From Vicugna vicugna (lineage: Eukaryota), in contig MU058793.1 of assembly GCA_013265495.1 (NCBI GenBank), positions 498,001 through 523,536 of the forward strand: DNA of 25,536 bases, in the 5' to 3' direction. The notes beneath the pieces are model-generated. The model was not told the DNA's origin. It searched no databases and worked only from the letters and a program-made list of their open reading frames with translations. Position numbers and translations under genes: made by a program. Shown here piece after piece: positions 20,935 to 25,536 of this stretch; positions within the stretch are counted from its first letter, which is position 1; each line of letters begins with the position of its first letter.

Positions 20935-21800
20935 GTAGTCAACAAGCATTTATTTACAGATTATTACTGTAGATAACACATTACGGTATTGCTTAGAGAA
21001 GGAAGACATCGTTTAAGATCAAGCTAATTGGGGGAAGCTTCATGGAGAAGGCATGTGAAAGCAGAAAGCATTTGAGGGAGGCAAGAGAGAGGAAAAAGTG
21101 CCATGGGGAAGAAGTTTTTGAATACAGTCATTAAAGAGAAGAGATCATGTTGGTGGTGGGGACGTGGTGTTGTGTCAGCCATCTCTTGGATAGACTATGC
21201 TACAGTAACAAATAACCCCTAATATCTTAGTGGATTATCACCACAAAGGACAATTTCTCACCTACATTTCTGTCTACCACCAGCCACATTTTCACTTCGG
21301 GACCAGAGCTGAACCAGAAGCTTCTATCTGGCTTTGTGGCAGAGGAAAAAGAGATAGTGGAAGCATGCTGTGGCTCTCGAAGCTTCTGCTCACATTTTTC
21401 ACTCACTTTTCACCGGTCAAAGCAAATCAGACGGCCAAGCCTGATGTCAGGGGGACAGTAAGTCCCATTCTCCTGTAGGGAATGGTCTGGTAGGGAGGGG
21501 CCCCTGATATTTTGAAATAATAATGCAATCAGTGTCCAGGGAAGAGGGTTTTTGTTTTTTTTCTTTTGAGACTTATCAAAGTCTCAGACAGCAGGTAAAA
21601 TTGTTTAGCTGGAGCAGTCACTGAGGTTGGAAGAGCTTGGTGAGATAAGACACCAGGAAATTGTAGGGGAAAGAGGCAGCATGAGAAGTGAAAGGGAACA
21701 GAGTTTTGAAGGCCAGGCAGCTGAGTTAGATTTGATGCAAGAGTCTACGTGGAGGATGACATGAAAACCCGGCTGGGTGCTCTGATCTAAAATTTGCTTT
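20935..21800 (-). mobile_element. L2 LINE fragments interrupted by an MLT1 LTR
   Basis: CAACAAGCATTTATT 3' end and GGAAGCTTCATGGAGAAGG; resumes ~21600 with GTTTAGCTGGAGCAG..TTTGAAGGCCAGGCAG..GAGTTAGATTTGAT. Confidence 0.55.
21171..21530 (-). mobile_element. MLT1-family solo LTR
   Basis: GGATAGACTATGCTACAGTAACAAATAACCCCTAATATCTTAGTGG..CACAAAGG; GGTCAAAGCAAATCAGACGGCCAAGCCTGATGTCAG. Confidence 0.8.
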
Positions 21801-21821
21801 GACTCATATACAGCAGACTCA

Positions 21822-22055
21822 TTTAACATTTAATGAGTTTATACTGTGTGCCAGTTGCGGCGTAATGTAGACATTTGCATATGTATATTTAAAATTTTAA
21901 TCCTCATGACATCTCTCTGAAGTAGGTAGTATTATTCCCTATTTTTTTTAAGTTGAAGACGTGAGCTCACAGAGGTTAAACGACTTGCTTAAGGACACAG
22001 AAGGAGCACATAGGAGAGCCGTGATGCAAATTGAGGTCTTTTCTTTCTACTGCAT
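21822..22055 (-). mobile_element. MIR SINE
   Basis: TTTAATCCTCATGACA..TGAAGTAGGTAGTATTATTCCCTATTTT..TGAGCTCACAGAGGTTAAACGACTTGCTTAAGGACACA is the MIR core in antisense. Confidence 0.85.
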
Positions 22056-22275
22056 CACTGCAGGGCAAAGAAATAAAAATGTCACCTTTCTTTAGTATTG
22101 ACTTGTTATTCTTTATCTTCTCCTTATACTCACAGCCTGAAAGCAAGGTTAATATGATACTTTTTCTCCTCAAGCAGAAGTTCTCATTAAAATGCTGTTT
22201 ATATAACCATAGTACAACTATATAAGTGAATAAAGAAGAAACAAATCTTTACCTGAGTTTATTTATTACAAAATT

Positions 22276-22638
22276 CTATGGCAGAGACAATTACTGTTTT
22301 CCAAATGTTCATGTGCTGCCCCGTCCCCCCACCGTATATTGCCCAGCCCTTTTTTTTGCCATTAGGCAAGGGGTCACATGACCAATTCTGGCCAATGAAC
22401 TGTGAGCAGATGCGTGTCCCTTCCAGGCTGAGATAATTAAGATGTGGAATGCATCCTCCATATCTCTCTTGCCCTCCTCTGGTGTCCTTGGAGGCCAAGT
22501 GTTCCAGGGGCCATAGGTGGAAGATAGAGGAGGGCCATTCATGTCTCATAATTTATTTGTGCAAAAACACATTTTCTGGCTTTGAGCCATATCACTGTTT
22601 GTTACTGGAGCAATGCCTAGCCTGTTCTGACCAATACA
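22276..22638 (+). mobile_element. MLT1-family solo LTR
   Basis: Starts TATGGCAGAGAC; GGGGTCACATGACCAATTCTGGCCAATGAACTGTGAGCAGA; ends TTTGTTACTGGAGCAATGCCTAGCCTGTTCTGACCAATACA. Confidence 0.85.
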
Positions 22639-22659
22639 GATCCCTCTGCCTTTAATAGA

Positions 22660-22772
22660 CACAAGGAAAGGCACCGTATCTATCTTGATCATTCCCTGGT
22701 CTCTACTGCTGAATACAGGGCCTCTCACATGGAATGTGCTCAATAAACATTGGTTACAGGGAAATGAATGAA
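22660..22772 (+). mobile_element. L2 3' terminus
   Basis: CAGGGCCTCTCACATGGAATGTGCTCAATAAACATTGG..AATGAATGAA. Confidence 0.7.
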
Positions 22773-23369
22773 CCCCAGGCTGAGTCCGGTCCCTATACGC
22801 TGTTTAGCTAAGGCTCTTATGAACTGTTTTTGGAAATGAGTTGTTGGTCAATCTTCCTAAAATATCATTGTAGTGTGTCACTCCTCAGATTAAGATCTTA
22901 CTATACGGTTAGTCAGTTTTCACCTCTCCCCCAGATAGTCAAGGTCCTCATAACGTGACCTAGATTCCGCTTTTACACCTCTAGTTTTATATCTCTAATC
23001 TAATCTGTCATTACTCACTACGTGTGCCCACTGGGTCTTTTTTCCAGTGTTCTGGGAGTTAATATTACATGTTCTTGAGAAAATCATTGTAAGTTTCTGA
23101 GCCTCATTTTCTCGTTCTTGTAAAATGTATCTGCAGCAGATGAAAGAATGTATACAACGATGTTAAATTATGCAGGATTATCAAAATACAAAAATCCAAA
23201 CTTATTTTATATTTGTTTGTGTGTGTGTATATTAACTAGACTAATAGATTAGAGGAGTGATCTTAAAGAAGAATCTGTATTTCAACAACACATTTGTGAT
23301 AGTTCTCTATAATAATCTTGTACACACAATTGCTATCTAGGGAAGATTGGTGAAAGGAGCCAGAGAGAC

Positions 23370-23995
23370 TGTTGGTTATCTACCCCAAATTCGTTTTCCA
23401 TTCTTTTTGCCCTAAACCTACCTCCCTTTTATGTGGGCCCCATCCCATGGGGCCATACTCATTCAGGGTAGATCCTATAGTGATGTCCCCATTTTTCACT
23501 GCCGGTGATTAGTTTAGTCACTGGCAACAAAGCATTTCTTTCTTTTTTTTTTTTTAACATTTTTTATTGATTTATAATCATTTTACAATGTTGTGTCAAA
23601 TTCCAGTGTTCAGCACAATAACAACGCATTTCTGTTTGATGAGGTTTGCAAAAAAGTGCAGAAGGGCTTCTAAGAATGGTTTTTTTGCTCTTAACAAGAA
23701 ACACTCAAAGAAGATATTATAATTTCTTCTTCTGGACAATGTTGTGTCTGAAAATGTTGCAACCATCTTGTCAACATGAAGGGATCTAGCCTGAGGTCAG
23801 AGCTGACATCCTGAGATAAGAATGGCAAAGCAGAAACATGCAAAGAACACAGATCCTTGACGATGTCATGAGTCACTGAATTAACCAACCCTGGAGCTCT
23901 TTTTCCTCCTGATTCCTAGTTGTGTGAAATGATACATATTCTACCCTTTGAGCCAATTAACTCTACATCTTGTTACATGCAACTGAAAGCGCTGA
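23370..23995 (+). mobile_element. MLT1-family solo LTR carrying a short L1 insertion
   Basis: TGCAACCATCTTGTCAACATGAAGGGA, AGAATGGCAAAGCAGAAA, TCCTTGACGATGTCATGAGTCACTGAATTAACCAACCCTGGA and TGTTACATGCAACTGAAAGC. Confidence 0.8.
23540..23619 (-). mobile_element. 80-bp 5'-truncated young L1 (3' UTR tip plus poly(A)) with 14-bp TSD
   Basis: Poly(T) then AACATTTTTTATTGATTTATAATCATTTTACAATGTTGTGTCAAATTCCAGTGTTCAGCACAAT, flanked by AACAAAGCATTTCT (23526-23539) and AACAACGCATTTCT (23620-23633). Confidence 0.9.
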
Positions 23996-24011
23996 AGCTC
24001 ACTTAACTTGC

Positions 24012-24405
24012 TGTGTTTGCTTGTCAGGGCCGCCATATGAAATACCAAAGGCTGGTTGGCTTAAACAACAGAAGTGTAGTTTCTCCCAGCTCCGGAGGCT
24101 GGAAGCACCAGATCAAGGTGGGGGCAGGTTAGTTCCTCCTGAGCCAAGTCTGTCCCTGGCTTGGAGATGGCCAGCCAAGTGCTGCTTCTTCTCCTGGTCA
24201 CCTGTCTGTGTGCTAGGGCACCCCTGCGTTCTCTATGTCCTAATCTCTCCTTACAGGGACACCAGTCAGACTGCATTAAGGACCACCCTAAAGGCCCCAT
24301 TTTAACTTAACCACCTCTTTAAAGGCCCTGTCACCAAAAACAGTCAAATTCTGACGTACTGAGAGTCAGGGTTTCACCATATGAAATTTGGGGGGAAATG
24401 CAGTT
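24012..24405 (-). mobile_element. MLT1A/B-like solo LTR
   Basis: GGCTTAAACAACAGAAG..TTTCTCCCAGCTCCGGAGGCTGGAAG..AGATCAAGGTG; GGACACCAGTCAGACTG; CAGTCAAATTCTGACGTACTG..CATATGAAATTTGGGGG. Confidence 0.9.
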
Positions 24406-24738
24406 ATAAGATTTGCTCAAGTCAAAAGGGAGTTTATTTTAAAACTACAGAAAAACTCACAAAATCAAAGAGCAGGTTATAGAGTTAGACCTCATGGGAA
24501 CCAGGAAACCGATAGACGGTTTTCTGCTTCATCTTTTTCCCTCTTTCTAGTTTCAGATTGTTACTCCTCTCAGCATGTTTGCTTTGGTTCTTTTTTTGCC
24601 TTCCCTACAGATCAGTGCCCCACTCTTCTGCTTGTACAAGGCCCATCACAGGTGCCCCACAGGGGTGGCCTCGGGCCACACGTCACATAACCCTCCTGTT
24701 TGGCTTCTTACAACTAGCAGACTCAGGCTCCATGCCTC

Positions 24739-25287
24739 TTTTTAAAATTATTTTCCTAGTTTTATTGAGATACAATTGACATATAACATTGTATATGTTT
24801 AAGGTATATGGCATAGTGATTTGTGATATATGTGTGTGTATATATATATAGTTGACCCTTGAACACTGTGGGTGTTGGGGGTGCCAATGCTCCCACACAG
24901 CCAAAACTCTGCATAACTGCTATTTCTGCCTCAAAAACTAAGGAATTGCTAAAAGACTCATCCAGAGGCAGGAAGCTGAAGCAGTTTGGATACAATCAGG
25001 ACTCAAACCCTAGTTCTTCTGATTCCACATATTGTCATCTCTAATTAAACTCAAAAATTTCCCCACACTTAGTTAAAGATCTGTAAAATGAAAATACAGG
25101 TACCATATTTGCTAGAAAAAAAAATCCCACGCATAAGTGGACCTGCGCAGTTCAAACTCATGTTGTTCATGGGTTAACTGCATACATGTCAGGAAATGAT
25201 TACCACAATAAGCTTAGTTAACATCCGTCACCCTACACAGTTACAATTTCTCTCTTGAGATGTGAACTTTTAAGATCTACTTTTATC
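24739..25287 (-). mobile_element. L1MA9-like L1 3' end, split by a Tigger2-type element (pieces 24739-24848 and 25181-25287)
   Basis: TTTATTGAGATACAATTGACATATAACATTGTATATGTTTAAGG continues after the insert as GAAATGATTACCACAATAAGCTTAGTTAACATCC..GAACTTTTAAGATCTACT. Confidence 0.85.
24849..25180 (-). mobile_element. Tigger2/MER8-type non-autonomous TcMar-Tigger DNA transposon
   Basis: TIRs TAGTTGACCCTTGAACA / TGTTCATGGGTTAACTG, inserted in a TA run. Subterminal ATAAGTGGACCTGCGCAGTTCAAAC. Confidence 0.88.
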
Positions 25288-25536
25288 AAAAATAAGAAAG
25301 GAAAATGGAGAAATTACAACAAACAAAATAGAAATACAGAATATCATACGAGAATATTATGAAAAACTATATGGAACCAAACTGGATAACCTAGAGGAGA
25401 TGGACAAGTTTCTGGAAACATACTGTCCACCAAAACTGAATCAAGAAGAAACTGAACACTTGAACAATCCGATCACTAGAAAGGAAATAGAAATAGCAAT
25501 TAAAAACCTCCCTACAAATAAAAGTCCAGGACCGGA
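25288..25536 (+). mobile_element. Young 5'-truncated L1, ORF2 fragment in an open frame; runs off the window edge
   Basis: Frame from 25289 reads KIRKENGEITTNKIEIQNIIREYYEKLYGTKLDNLEEMDKFLETYCPPKLNQEETEHLNNPITRKEIEIAIKNLPTNKSPGP, the ORF2p region leading into the SPGPDG motif before the RT domain. No stops in 82 codons. Confidence 0.96.

Noticed and set aside
24410..24720. Possible additional antisense MLT1 fragment
   Set aside because: Only weak motif similarity (CAAAAGGGAGTTTATT), not enough to call.
1..25536. A novel multi-gene system, RNA gene or horizontally acquired element
   Set aside because: Nearly all recognisable content is explained by TOX3 exon 1, its promoter and standard mammalian repeats. 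I saw no tRNA, rRNA, snRNA or other coding region.

Overview
This is mammalian genomic DNA covering the 5' end of TOX3 (HMG-box transcription factor) on the minus strand. Coding exon 1 (12903-12989, [29 protein letters not shown]) lies in a ~2 kb CpG island. About 12.9 kb of intron 1 lies to its left and ~12.5 kb of upstream sequence to its right. The flanks carry typical eutherian interspersed repeats: L2, MIR, MLT1 LTRs, MER5/MER58/MER102 hAT elements, a Tigger2-type element and L1. I saw no Alu, Bov-tA/BovB or PRE-1 SINEs, and the L1 3' ends look artiodactyl, probably camelid (inference). I found no evidence of a novel biological system, and nearly all ORF-track entries are artefacts. The most notable points are an apparent orthologue of the human rs3803662/CASC16 3' region at ~18.35-18.72 kb, a ~6.7 kb transposon-free zone around the promoter, a (CGG)8 tract near the transcript start, and several well-resolved retrotransposition events. 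Repeat subfamily names and human comparisons come from recall, not from a search.
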